From the IMG/VR virus record IMGVR_UViG_3300030060_007200: DNA of 64,000 bases. One strand, 5' to 3'. The position numbers were made by a program, and so were the translations under genes. Of the stretch, positions 27,928 to 38,600 are shown one piece after another. This DNA is from a virus. The notes below the pieces were generated by a model, which saw only the letters and a list, made by a program, of their open reading frames with translations, searched no databases and was not told the origin of the DNA. Within the stretch, counting starts at the first letter, position 1; each line of letters opens with the position of its first letter.

Positions 27928-28194
27928 TCAACTGTCATTTCTTTTTCTCCAATAACCTTGAGGACATTCCTCTACTTTTAATCTTGCTTTAACTTTTATA
28001 TAACAACCACAATCCATACATCTTATTTGTGCTGCATTAAAAAAAGGACACGCATAACAAATTGATTTTCTTTCTTCATATTCAGTCTGTGAAACGTTTT
28101 TGAATCCTGATTTTATATTTAACCACATTGACTTAAAAAATCCTTTTGCCTGCCTAAGGAATTTTCGTCTTTTATACCTATTGCAACATGCCAT
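27928..28194 (-). CDS. Cys-rich small protein (DUF6171-like)
   Basis: RKSICYACP...CMDCGCYIKVKARL...CPQGYW. Confidence 0.7.
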   Translation of the reverse strand: MACCNRYKRRKFLRQAKGFFKSMWLNIKSGFKNVSQTEYEERKSICYACPFFNAAQIRCMDCGCYIKVKARLKVEECPQGYWRKRNDS

Positions 28195-28197
28195 AAC

Positions 28198-29055
28198 CTA
28201 TTCTCCTTTTGAATTTTTTACATATTCTACTTTTATCTTTATTTTTGGCTCGTAACTATCAGGTGTTCTATCATCGATACCAAAATATTCTGATTTATCT
28301 TTATCCATTCTTAATGTAAATTCTAAATCTGTCACATTCATCATTAGCTGGCCTGTGGTAGAAAGAATATCTTTTTCTGTAGGTCCTTTGACCATATCTA
28401 CATTTCTATATGGATTGTTTCTCATATTCTTTGCATGATATGCAGACAAGCCATTTAATACATCGCTAGGTGTTTTTACCTTTGAAAGCATATCTTGTGC
28501 GTATTTCCATCTTAATTCTGATGATTTTTTATTAAGTCCTGAGGTATATCCAGAATCATCATAATCATATCCGTGATTTGTTCTCACATGATTATGACCT
28601 CTATTTAATTTTTTAATAACTGGCTCGTGTTCAGATGTCATTTCTATTGAATATGTATGTTTTGGTGTCGCTACAAATGTATGTCCTTTAACACCAACAT
28701 CTCTTTTGTCGTCACCTTTGAAATTAACTATTGATAATATTGATTCAGACGCTTTTCTAAACATAAGAGCTCGTCTTATTTTTTTACCGTCTTCTGATGG
28801 CTTGCCTTTTTTCTTTGCTAACTTCTTTTCTTTTTCATCTGCATTTACCATAAGAGCAGAATTGATAACAGCAGTACCATAATTATTCATACCTTCTGAC
28901 CAATCAGTATCTTCGTCAACAATATAAACCATTTCTACATCATTGATTAGCTCTCTTACAACTTTAACTCTTGCTGTATAAGAACGGTCTCTATTTTTTG
29001 CTAAAATAATTTTATTATTAACAACAGTATGTGCTATTGTACATTCGTTTATCAT
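28198..29055 (-). CDS. Ntn-hydrolase (Cys nucleophile; C45/C69/choloylglycine-hydrolase-like)
   Basis: Start MINE-CTI after AAAGGAG; LAKNRDR, EGMNNYG and VRTNH motifs. Confidence 0.75.
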   Translation of the reverse strand: MINECTIAHTVVNNKIILAKNRDRSYTARVKVVRELINDVEMVYIVDEDTDWSEGMNNYGTAVINSALMVNADEKEKKLAKKKGKPSEDGKKIRRALMFRKASESILSIVNFKGDDKRDVGVKGHTFVATPKHTYSIEMTSEHEPVIKKLNRGHNHVRTNHGYDYDDSGYTSGLNKKSSELRWKYAQDMLSKVKTPSDVLNGLSAYHAKNMRNNPYRNVDMVKGPTEKDILSTTGQLMMNVTDLEFTLRMDKDKSEYFGIDDRTPDSYEPKIKIKVEYVKNSKGE

Positions 29056-29086
29056 TTGCTCTCCTTTATATATAAATATCAAACTA

Positions 29087-29614
29087 CTATTTAACCAGTG
29101 AAGTTACAATAGTTGTTTCAGGGTATTTCTTTTTAAGAGCGTCGACTGCCTTTATATTTTTAGGTGAATCGTCCATAAAATATATTGGGTCATAACCTTT
29201 TTGAATTTCTTTTTCTATATAATCTGCTTTTTTCTGTGGGTCTCCACTACCTAATGTAATTACATAAGGCTGAATTCCTATTGATTTGAAGAAAGAGTTA
29301 ATTGGTGCGCCAAGTCTTCTCGCTGTAAGTATCGTTACTTTTCTACCACCTTTCTTTAATTGTTTTTTCAATAAATCTGCATTCTTTTTTATTAACCTGG
29401 GATTTCTTATTGGCCTATCAAAATCTCTAAAATCATATGACTGTCCTTTTTTAAGACCTTTATGCACAGCAAACTGTGCCGCATCCAATGTATCTACAAC
29501 ACTTCCTTCATCGTCAACAACATATACCCATGAATCTGATTTTACTAATGTATCATCAAAATCAAAAATGCTTAACATTCTTTTTTCTAATAACAGGTCT
29601 TTTAATTTAATCAT
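29087..29614 (-). CDS. HAD-family hydrolase with a putative capsid-targeting N-terminus
   Basis: MIKLKDLLLE; IFDFDDTL, ILTAR, K and FMDD. Confidence 0.75.
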   Translation of the reverse strand: MIKLKDLLLEKRMLSIFDFDDTLVKSDSWVYVVDDEGSVVDTLDAAQFAVHKGLKKGQSYDFRDFDRPIRNPRLIKKNADLLKKQLKKGGRKVTILTARRLGAPINSFFKSIGIQPYVITLGSGDPQKKADYIEKEIQKGYDPIYFMDDSPKNIKAVDALKKKYPETTIVTSLVK

Positions 29615-30093
29615 AGATACTTTTTCCAATTCTTTTCAGCATTTCTAGCTTGTTTTTCCATAGGATTATTTGTATATCCTTTTTCTCTACCTTGCTTTAT
29701 TTTCTTTGGGTCTTGTGTTGCGTGTGTATATTCATGAAGCATAGCACGTATTACATCTTCCTCAGAATTAAGAGCAGCCTTATATAAATATATAGTATTG
29801 TCTTCATGTACAAATTCAGCATGCTCGTTTTCACCGCCTGGATAATCATCAATTCCACTGTATCTTGCATAAACATTGCTGTGTATTTCGATTTTAGGTG
29901 TACCTTTTCTTGCTCTACCTAAATTTTTAACAACCTGAGGATATATTCTATTAACGATTTTTAATATATCGTTTTTTGACATTCCTTCTGATAGTATTTC
30001 TTTTAATTTTATCATTTTATACGGACAGTTTTTACAACCACAGTTACAACAGAATCCTCGATTTAATAAAAATTCTCTTGATAGAGGCTTCAT
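29611..30093 (-). CDS. Zincin-like (HExxH) protein; in-frame upstream Cys-rich DUF5522-like peptide, second start at 30015
   Basis: RGFCCNCGCKNCPY then MIKLKEILSE; LHEYTHATQ...NPMEKQA. Confidence 0.65.
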   Translation of the reverse strand: MKPLSREFLLNRGFCCNCGCKNCPYKMIKLKEILSEGMSKNDILKIVNRIYPQVVKNLGRARKGTPKIEIHSNVYARYSGIDDYPGGENEHAEFVHEDNTIYLYKAALNSEEDVIRAMLHEYTHATQDPKKIKQGREKGYTNNPMEKQARNAEKNWKKYL

Positions 30094-30282
30094 TTATTCC
30101 CATTTTCTTTCGTATTTTTCTCGTTGGTCAACAAGAACATATTCGACAATATCATTTTTGCCACAGTGAGGACAGTTTAATCTTTCTAAATTAGTTGCCT
30201 CGTTTATCTTCCACTCACCTTTACACGTTTTGTCACTGCACTTATAGATATATGTGTGTCGTATAAATACTTTGTGTCCCAT
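30094..30282 (-). CDS. Zn-ribbon protein
   Basis: Probable start MGHKVF; CSDKTC...CPHCG. Confidence 0.55.
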   Translation of the reverse strand: MGHKVFIRHTYIYKCSDKTCKGEWKINEATNLERLNCPHCGKNDIVEYVLVDQREKYERKWE

Positions 30283-30286
30283 TTTA

Positions 30287-30850
30287 CTACCATTTTCTAC
30301 ATGACCAGTAACGAGCTTTCGTTTTAGGTCCAGGATTATCACAGTTGTGTCTTGCTCTAAATGATTTACGTCTTTCAGGATTGTTCTTTTTGATTCTGTT
30401 CTCTGCACCTTTTGCACCAAAACTAACTTTCTTTACCTTGTCTCCATCTTTAACGTATACCTTAAATTTACTATTACCATCACCTTGCATAGGTTTGTTG
30501 AGTTTAACTTTACGACCTTGATATTCAGCTTCTGAGATGCGTTTAACAGCTTCAACTAACCATTCTGTAAAGCAACCGATGTCTTCCTTTTTAACAAAAA
30601 GTTCATTTTCTGTAATATTATTTATTACCTCATCTAGCTTTCCTTCGAAAAAATACATATCTCTTTGCATCCAACCATCAAGGTTTTCCCATTTACCATC
30701 AACCAAATCGTAATCAATATCATCTGGGTCTTTTACTACAGAAAGCATTGCCTGCTCTCTTTCGTCTTCGCTGGCTTTTTTCCACCATTTTTTGGTAACT
30801 TTTACACCTTTACCAACTCTTCGTTCATTAAGAATTTGTTTTAGCTTCAT
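30287..30850 (-). CDS. Modular putative internal head protein
   Basis: MKLKQILNE; C-terminal EAEYQGRKVKLNKP...SFRARHNCD...ARYWSCRKW module typical of large phages. Confidence 0.65.
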   Translation of the reverse strand: MKLKQILNERRVGKGVKVTKKWWKKASEDEREQAMLSVVKDPDDIDYDLVDGKWENLDGWMQRDMYFFEGKLDEVINNITENELFVKKEDIGCFTEWLVEAVKRISEAEYQGRKVKLNKPMQGDGNSKFKVYVKDGDKVKKVSFGAKGAENRIKKNNPERRKSFRARHNCDNPGPKTKARYWSCRKW

Positions 30851-31823
30851 AATATCTCCATAATTCTTTTCCTAGTTTTTTACCAAATAAAGAATCTGAT
30901 AAAAAATGTTGTTTTGCAATATTTCTACTATATGATATTTCCTCTGCAATTTTCAAAAAACGCATTTTATGCTCAGGATAAATATCACCTAACACATAAG
31001 CTAATAAATAACCTTGCGCTGAATGACCACTTGGATATGATGGTGTCATTGCACTATCGAGAGGTTGGTCATGAAATTTAAGACCATACGATTTAGCAAC
31101 TTGTACAGGTCTAGGTCTATTGTAATGATATTTCAATGATTTAATTATCCATCTTGTTTGTTTCATAACATTTTTCATTAAGTCATAAGAAACATTTATA
31201 TTTAAGTCTTGAGTTCTTTCAATGAAATATTTTTTTATTTTGTCTGCCTTTAATACAAATTCAGGATTAGGTTTTAATTTATCGATTTGCATTAACTCTT
31301 TTCTTGTTTCTATTGAATCGTTAGGTGGAAATGGAAGATTGTGAAAGTTACTGATAGGAAATTCTTTCCATGCACCTTTTTTATCTGACATGTGACTGAT
31401 GGCCTTTTCATCAGGTTCGCCAAATTTTATGTCATTTCTTCCTTCAGTTACCTTATCAGGAAGCTCCTCATAATCTTTCTTAGTCATTTTACTATCCATT
31501 TTCTTTGCAGCTTTTGGGTCTGTCGCAAACATAAATCTTTGTTGTGCCTTGCTAGCAAATTTTTCAAAAAGAAATGAATGTACACCACCTCCTGTACCAA
31601 TACTAGACCATTTGTCATGTTTTATTTTTATTGAAGGATATAATTTTTTTATTGATTTAATTACATCCTTTGGATTTACCTTATATCCATAAAACACACT
31701 CATACCATTTTTATTCAGTTTCGTAACTTTAGGTCTTGTTCTTCCTGAATAATCAATAGATAATTGATATGAAATATCTTTTTTATTTATCTTTTCAAAT
31801 AATATGTTTTGTAATTTAATCAT
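30828..31823 (-). CDS. PAP2/vanadium-haloperoxidase-family phosphatase with modular N-terminus
   Basis: KYHYNRPRP, PSYPSGH, SR.....HF.SD; starts MIKLQNILFE. Confidence 0.8.
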   Translation of the reverse strand: MIKLQNILFEKINKKDISYQLSIDYSGRTRPKVTKLNKNGMSVFYGYKVNPKDVIKSIKKLYPSIKIKHDKWSSIGTGGGVHSFLFEKFASKAQQRFMFATDPKAAKKMDSKMTKKDYEELPDKVTEGRNDIKFGEPDEKAISHMSDKKGAWKEFPISNFHNLPFPPNDSIETRKELMQIDKLKPNPEFVLKADKIKKYFIERTQDLNINVSYDLMKNVMKQTRWIIKSLKYHYNRPRPVQVAKSYGLKFHDQPLDSAMTPSYPSGHSAQGYLLAYVLGDIYPEHKMRFLKIAEEISYSRNIAKQHFLSDSLFGKKLGKELWRYYEAKTNS

Positions 31824-32161
31824 CGGTTTAAGTATTGTCGCCATTTACTATAATCAGGTGCCATATTAGTTCCACCAACATTAACATTAGCTTTTAATTT
31901 ATCTTGAGCATCTAAGTAAGTTGTACGTCCACTTGTGATTTGAAAAGCAAATTTCTTTTTAAGGTTAACAGCAAATAGACCACCAGGCAGACCAATTAAG
32001 AATGTACCTTTAGGAACTTTGGCATAACTTTTACCAGCCATTTGTGTTCCTACACCAGGAATACCACCAGCTGGACGAGTATTATATTTTACCATTGCAT
32101 CTTTTAATATGATAGCTTGGAAGTTAATTCCTTCTCTTAATATGTCTTTTAATCTTGCCAT
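31820..32161 (-). CDS. Hypothetical putative internal head protein
   Basis: MARLKDILRE N-terminus. Confidence 0.55.
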   Translation of the reverse strand: MARLKDILREGINFQAIILKDAMVKYNTRPAGGIPGVGTQMAGKSYAKVPKGTFLIGLPGGLFAVNLKKKFAFQITSGRTTYLDAQDKLKANVNVGGTNMAPDYSKWRQYLNR

Positions 32162-32162
32162 T

Positions 32163-32672
32163 TTATTTTCCTCTTACTTTTTTAGCCAAGTCTTTATCTG
32201 CCTTACCCCAAGTACCAGGACTCTTTGTTGTAAATGAATTTACTCGAGCATATCCCCATTGTTGTTGAGTTGCACCAGGTCTATGTCCAGTTTTCCATGC
32301 AGCCATACCTCTGTTAAATACCTGCTTTAATATACCAAAAGGCATACCTGATTTTTCAGCCTTCTTTTTAAGACCTTTTTTAACAGCAGCGCTCATTTCG
32401 TTAATACCTTTTGACATTTTATATACTTCTTTTATGGTTTTCCAACCGGATTCACCATACATCTGCTTGAATTTTTTTGTATGTGTCGACACTTTTGTTT
32501 TCTCCCCTTTATCACTTCTAAAATCTTTATATGCATCAGGGTCATCGTCATCCATTTTACTTCTTTTTGCGATAACTCTTTCGCGTTCTTCTTTATCGTC
32601 TTTTGATAAACCTTTGAAATATGTAGGGTCTTTTTCTGGTGTTGCAGCTTCAGCTAATTTTTTTAATTTCAT
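32163..32672 (-). CDS. DUF5824-like protein, putative internal head protein
   Basis: MKLKKLAE; LKQVFNRGMAAWKTGHRPGATQQQWGYARVNSF. Confidence 0.7.
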   Translation of the reverse strand: MKLKKLAEAATPEKDPTYFKGLSKDDKEERERVIAKRSKMDDDDPDAYKDFRSDKGEKTKVSTHTKKFKQMYGESGWKTIKEVYKMSKGINEMSAAVKKGLKKKAEKSGMPFGILKQVFNRGMAAWKTGHRPGATQQQWGYARVNSFTTKSPGTWGKADKDLAKKVRGK

Positions 32673-33139
32673 GAGTGTGCCTCGTGTATGTATCTTGTCT
32701 TACCATTAACTCGCTTTGCAATTGTTAATTTCTTTCTGTTTTCTCTATGTGTCACATAGCTAACATGAATCCAGTTAGGATTTTTATCATCACCGAACTC
32801 CCAAATTAACTGGTCAAAATCTAAATTATCTTTTATGTAATGATACATCTCTGCATTTGTTTTATATCCAAAAGTATCATCTAAATCTAAAGCCTGTCCT
32901 TTCATATGTTGAGAATATTTTGAACCACCAATTGCAGTGTTAACTGGTTCGCCTCTGAAAAAGCTATTTATTTTTATAGGTCCGCCAACCCATTCTCTTA
33001 ATGGCTCAAACAAACCTTCTGCTATTTCTTTCATGCATTTTATTTGGTCTTCATTTGGTGTGTTATCAAGACCTCTTCTTAATGCAGTGTTACTATGTGT
33101 ACCTTCTTTCCAACTTACGTGTTTACTAAATCTTTCCAT
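32669..33139 (-). CDS. Peptidase M15A (Zn D-Ala-D-Ala peptidase), endolysin candidate
   Basis: INSFFR...N.AIGGS..SQHMKGQALD...WIHVSY. Confidence 0.9.
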   Translation of the reverse strand: MERFSKHVSWKEGTHSNTALRRGLDNTPNEDQIKCMKEIAEGLFEPLREWVGGPIKINSFFRGEPVNTAIGGSKYSQHMKGQALDLDDTFGYKTNAEMYHYIKDNLDFDQLIWEFGDDKNPNWIHVSYVTHRENRKKLTIAKRVNGKTRYIHEAHS

Positions 33140-33372
33140 TATTTCCCCTTAATTTTTTCAAATGCACTAATACCAAAACAGCCTAGTGTTACCATAACAA
33201 AAGAATTATATATCGTATCATTGATTTCTAGTTGACCACCTCCTACATATCCCATAAACCATATACCAGTAACCAAATCAGCCACTGCAAATAACACCAT
33301 TACTGCAAAAGATACAAATCCAACTATATTCTTTTCATTGATATTATTTTTATCTCTAAATATTTTCCACAT
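33139..33372 (-). CDS. Two-TM membrane protein, holin candidate
   Basis: Two TM helices, basic tail, adjacent to the endolysin. Confidence 0.5.
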   Translation of the reverse strand: MWKIFRDKNNINEKNIVGFVSFAVMVLFAVADLVTGIWFMGYVGGGQLEINDTIYNSFVMVTLGCFGISAFEKIKGK

Positions 33373-33731
33373 TAGAATCCCTCCATTATGATTTCATCTA
33401 TTTTAGCCTGTACTTCTTTTTGTGTTGCTTCCATTGTCATCATAATGTTGGCTTGAAACCTTGCAACTTCTTCTCCATCATTATATATTACAATTGTTGG
33501 TACTACTACAATTTTATACTTTGCTGCAGCCTTTTGGTCTGCTGCGATATCTATAAATTTTGTATCACATTCTTTTAATTTACCTACCCAAGGTACTTTA
33601 TTTTGAGCATTGAAACTTGCATTGAACTGTACGACACATAACCCATCAGTCTTGCAGGGTGTCTGGCCTACAGCAGATGTAACAAATAACCAAAATAATA
33701 TTACTAATAAATATGCTAGTTTTCTTTTCAT
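33372..33731 (-). CDS. Exported thioredoxin-fold protein lacking CxxC
   Basis: Signal peptide; VVQFNASFN in place of WCxxC; YKIVVVPTIVIY..GEEVARF. Confidence 0.7.
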   Translation of the reverse strand: MKRKLAYLLVILFWLFVTSAVGQTPCKTDGLCVVQFNASFNAQNKVPWVGKLKECDTKFIDIAADQKAAAKYKIVVVPTIVIYNDGEEVARFQANIMMTMEATQKEVQAKIDEIIMEGF

Positions 33732-34030
33732 TTATCAAGCTCCTCAATTTTTTCTAAAATATCATTGATATGTATTTTTATTGTATCGACCTCATACTGA
33801 GTCTGTTGAATGATTTGAAACATACTGTCTTGATATTGTATATCTTCTTGTGTAGGTATCCAGATTTCAGATTCTGGTTCTTTCTCGATTACTTTTATTT
33901 CTTCTTTTGGTGATGCAGAAATAACTCCTGCTACAACTATTCCACTAATAAAAACGGCTATCATTACCATTATAGAGCTTTTTGATGTTAAGCATATTTT
34001 TTTACAAAATATTTCGTTAAGTCTTTTCAT
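33728..34030 (-). CDS. Membrane-anchored coiled-coil protein
   Basis: Single TM helix plus coiled coil. Confidence 0.55.
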   Translation of the reverse strand: MKRLNEIFCKKICLTSKSSIMVMIAVFISGIVVAGVISASPKEEIKVIEKEPESEIWIPTQEDIQYQDSMFQIIQQTQYEVDTIKIHINDILEKIEELDK

Positions 34031-34314
34031 TATCTTAATTTATCTATCTTTTCTTCTAAACGCTTTATAGATTCTTTTAATTCTTTAACATCTTCTTGTG
34101 TAGTCATAATTGTCTGTCTAACTAATTGGTCTTTCATGTCAAATTCCATTCTAGTTATTTCTGCAGGTGGAGGTACAGGTAATTCTTTTGCCTCTTGTAT
34201 ATCTGCTTGAAGAGCGAACCACATACCTACAATAGTAAATATTAGTACTGCTATACCTGCTAGCGTTTTTATACTGATATTAAAACTAGTTTCTTCGTTA
34301 AGTTGCTTCGCCAT
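34030..34314 (-). CDS. Membrane-anchored coiled-coil protein
   Basis: Single TM helix plus C-terminal coiled coil. Confidence 0.6.
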   Translation of the reverse strand: MAKQLNEETSFNISIKTLAGIAVLIFTIVGMWFALQADIQEAKELPVPPPAEITRMEFDMKDQLVRQTIMTTQEDVKELKESIKRLEEKIDKLR

Positions 34315-34324
34315 TCTTATTCCC

Positions 34325-35380
34325 CTAAAATACTCTATAATTTATCCCAGCACTAAATCCGTGCCATGTTCTGTTCCAATATTTATTATATGTTCCTTCT
34401 ACAAAAAGTCCTAAATTTTTACTTAACCAGTGTCCGAAAATAACACCTCCTGAATAATCTATCCATTGGCCTCCATTAAAATTGTAATAACTAAATTCAT
34501 TTTCATCATCACTGTAATGTAATGGCATTACGTTGCCCCAAGCATGTAGCCAACTAGATTTTGTATATTTGTAATAATCAAATCCTGCTACCCATGAATG
34601 TGTCCACTGAATAGGTAACTCATCTCTTTTCTTTTCTGTATAATTAGCCAGTGCTTGTGGTATTACAACTGCTTCCCATACTTCTGAACTTGTAGCTACT
34701 GAAATACCTGCAGGGTCAAAATATTCTGCACCACCTTGTCCATCAAATTCTACTGTATACCCTTCTTGTAAAGCTAATTGAGTATAGTGTAGATTGCCTG
34801 TTGATAATTTCCATTCTTCTAATGGGTCATATCCATAAGGCTCTGACATTCTTTGAGCTATACCAATATTAAGTGATATGCCTTTCCATTGTTTTCTTAG
34901 TCTTTGAGAAGATTCAAAATATTGTACATCAGCAAATCCATCTTTAAGATATTCAACCTTAGCAAGCCATTTATCATCAATATATCTTATCATATGATTA
35001 AGGTCAAAATATTCCTGACCTTGTTGTCTTTTATATTCATGTTGAAATAAAAATTCAACCTCGTTTTTCCATAAACCTTCAGTAGCGCCATCACTAAACG
35101 AAGCCTCCAAACCTCTTTTGAAAGCCTCTTTTGGTTCATATCCAAATCTTTTTATCTTTCTAACACCAAGTATAAGTGAGTAGTCATAAGGAGTTTTAAT
35201 TGTAGATGTCTCCAAACCATTTGTAACGCTGTATACATCTACATCTGAAATAGAATTACCACCGTTTACGGCACCATAAAGAGTAGAATATTTGAAAAAG
35301 TCTTTAACTTGGCCGCAACATTCTTTTGGTGCAGCGCAAGATGCTAAAACAACTAATAATAAAAGCAATATTTTTTTCAT
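34325..35380 (-). CDS. Putative outer-membrane beta-barrel/lipoprotein
   Basis: MKKILLLLLVVLASC lipobox-like signal; aromatic-rich strands; ends AGINYRVF. Confidence 0.65.
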   Translation of the reverse strand: MKKILLLLLVVLASCAAPKECCGQVKDFFKYSTLYGAVNGGNSISDVDVYSVTNGLETSTIKTPYDYSLILGVRKIKRFGYEPKEAFKRGLEASFSDGATEGLWKNEVEFLFQHEYKRQQGQEYFDLNHMIRYIDDKWLAKVEYLKDGFADVQYFESSQRLRKQWKGISLNIGIAQRMSEPYGYDPLEEWKLSTGNLHYTQLALQEGYTVEFDGQGGAEYFDPAGISVATSSEVWEAVVIPQALANYTEKKRDELPIQWTHSWVAGFDYYKYTKSSWLHAWGNVMPLHYSDDENEFSYYNFNGGQWIDYSGGVIFGHWLSKNLGLFVEGTYNKYWNRTWHGFSAGINYRVF

Positions 35381-35391
35381 AATTATTATCC

Positions 35392-35628
35392 CTATTTTGT
35401 CATTCTTTGTGTCCAATCTTTTAGCTTATCCTGCAGTTGTTTTTTAATTCCAGGTCCTCTAAAAGTTCCGCCTATCTTCATTGCGTCTTTGATAAAGCTA
35501 TTATATTCTTTGTTCCATTTTACTACCAAAGTTTTTTCAAAATCATTTAATAATTTTGCTCGCTCTTTGTCTTCGCCTTTTGAGATTGTTCCGTCAGGAT
35601 TAGCCTCAATAATTTTTTTTAATTTCAT
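35392..35628 (-). CDS. Small putative internal head protein
   Basis: MKLKKIIE N-terminus. Confidence 0.5.
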   Translation of the reverse strand: MKLKKIIEANPDGTISKGEDKERAKLLNDFEKTLVVKWNKEYNSFIKDAMKIGGTFRGPGIKKQLQDKLKDWTQRMTK

Positions 35629-38600
35629 TGTTTTATCACCCTTGTTGTAAATCTTTTGTTATTATATATAAGTATCAAGTTATATACACCATTACTGTAA
35701 TTTGATAAATCTATTCTTTTAGATTTTTCTCTTGTCATTAACTTACCTTGTAAATTGTATATTTCAACCTCCACATCCAATCTTGTATCTATATTTAATA
35801 CATCGCCTGTTGGATTTGGATAAACCATAATTCCCATAGATGTTATATCTTCAACATTTGTTGGCCAACCTAATTGGCAATAATCATACATTGATATACA
35901 TGATGCATCCCAATCTGTAGTACAGCAATAGTCGTCTACTGATATCACCCAAGCATAACATCCATCATTTAACCAATAAGGTATACCAGGCCCTCCATAA
36001 CATCCTGCATCGTATAAACATGCTGTAGAATCAGTTACATTTGCCAGTGGATTGTAATTATATGCCGCTACATCTGTACAACCTGAAACAATTTCGATAC
36101 ATGAATTATCATCAAAGCATGCTGCCGGGTCATAATTCAATGCTGTAGGGTCAGTACAACCTGAAATATAACAACATGTATTATCAGATGTGTTTGCCAA
36201 TGGATTGTAGTTTAATGCTACTGGGTCGTTACATCCGTATACAAAAGGTTCACATGAACCGTTATCAACATTAGCCAATGGATTATAGTTCCACATTGTC
36301 GAATCTGTACAACCATAAATTGGTAAAATACAGCTAAAATCATCTGTGTTTGCAAGTGGGTCGTAATTTAATGCTGATGGGTCTGTACAACCGTAAACAA
36401 TAGATTGACAAGTGCCATTATCTGTATTAGCTAATGGGTCATAATTAAATGCCGTTGAATCCATACATCCATATATAAACGGTATACAATTTCCTGATGA
36501 TGTATTTGCTGTTGGGTCGTAGTTCCACATTGTATTATCCATACATCCAATTATTACAGGAATACAACTACCATCATTTGTATTTGCTGTTACATCATAA
36601 TTAAACATTGTTGGGTCTGTACAACCGTAAATATAAGGTATGCAAGAACCATCATCTGTGTTAGCTGTTAAACTATAATTATACATTGTTGAATCAGTAC
36701 AGCCGTATACAATACCTACACATGTTCCGTCATCATCTGTAGCAGCAGGATTAAAGTTTATTGAAAGTGGATTTGTACAACCTGCAATTTCCAATTCATC
36801 GCAAACTCCATCACCATCTGTATCTAATATACAAGCTCCATAACAATCATAATATTGAACTGGATATGTACAACCTCCATTATCTACATTTGCAATTGCG
36901 TCGTAATTACAAGCTGTTACATCTGTACAGCCTAAATAAATACAAGAACCATCATCTACATTTGCTAATGGATTGTAATTATATCCTATAGAATCCATAC
37001 AGCCATTCACAATTGGAATACATGAATTATCATCTACTGTTGCTAATGAATCATAATTAAGAGCAAATTCATTTGTACAGCCATATATAATAGGAATACA
37101 ATTGCCATCATCAGTATTTGCCAGTGGGTCGTAATTTGCTGCTGTTGAATCCATACAGCCTAATATTACTGGTACACAAGTATTACCACAAAATGGAATA
37201 CCTACATATTTTGTCCAGAAAGGAGATTCAAAAGATTGTAAAGCTCCTTGACCGTTATTAGCAAAAGGATTTTGTCCTTCATGCATTAAAACAAAGCCAT
37301 CTGCATTTGTTAATTTGAATGAGTTATGCCAAGTTTGAAATTGAACCTCTTGCGGTGGTTGTTGTGGTCCACCTACTTCAAAATAAAATACTTCAACTGG
37401 AATTCCTGGGTCTAAAATAATATTCCATGAACCACCATAATTACCAGGTCCCATTGTATATGTACCAATTATCAATCCGTTTTGATAAACTCCTATATAA
37501 GAATTACCCCAACCATCTCCTGCAGCATCGAATATTTCTAATAAATAATTACAGTCAGGTATTAAATCCATCATTGTTGCTGCTGGGTCATAATTAAATG
37601 CAGCTGGGTCTGTACAGCCGTATGTATGTAATGTTGCACATGAACTGTCATCTACTGTCGCAGCAGGATTAAATTCTACGTAATCATCATCTGTACATCC
37701 TGGTATTGGAGGTATTATAGGACAAGGTGTTGCCATTTGCTGGCCTGAATACAATACGGAACCAAAACCTGGATTGTCCATATACCAAATTGTATCACCA
37801 TCACAGTCGTATATAACAATAGCTCCATCCATCGAACCACCTGAAGTAGAGCCTGCCATACCGTCACCAAAATCATCGTTAACAATAAGTTCGAATCCTG
37901 CAGTTTGGTCTACACAGAAAGTATAAGTGTATGTTTGTCCGATATCGTTAAAATCATATGTTCCTACTGTAGCTTCATCAATAACTCCTAAACTATTCAT
38001 TATCCACGATGTTTCTCCTGGCCAATTATCTAGTGTAATTTCCATTGTTATTTGATATTGAGTTGCAGTATCACAAGATGTACCTGCACAACTTCCATCA
38101 TCATATGTAGCCCATGGGTTATATGATATTTGAGTAGGGTCTGTACAACCTGATATACAAGAAGTAGGTGTGTAAGCTATTGTATCTGATAAACTACCAT
38201 CTAAAAATTCTACCCAACCATAATGTTCTACTGACCAGTTAGGTGGCATCTGACCGTTACCTGCGTAAACTGCAAAGTCTAATGAGTTAGGACCAAGTCC
38301 ATACTGAAAAGGACCTGCGCCATTTTCATTGGAATACCAGAATTTTACAGGTGTACAATTTGTATTGCTATCAAGAGTCCAGTTAAAAAGTACAAGTGTT
38401 TGTCCACCTGGTAAGCAATTTTGTGATGCTGTAGAAGTTAAAAAACCCTGACATGGGTCAAATTGACAAATGCTAGGGTCAGAAATATATGCTGTTGAGT
38501 CATAATTTAATGCTGAAGGGTCTGTACAACCTACTGTTGGTGGAGCACAAGGAGCAGTTGTTAATGTTTCTACCAAACTATCTCCAAAATTACCTGCAGC

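Noticed and set aside
36030-37165. Possible CRISPR array or VNTR
   Set aside because: Degenerate in-frame protein repeats varying at synonymous positions; no constant repeat with unique spacers
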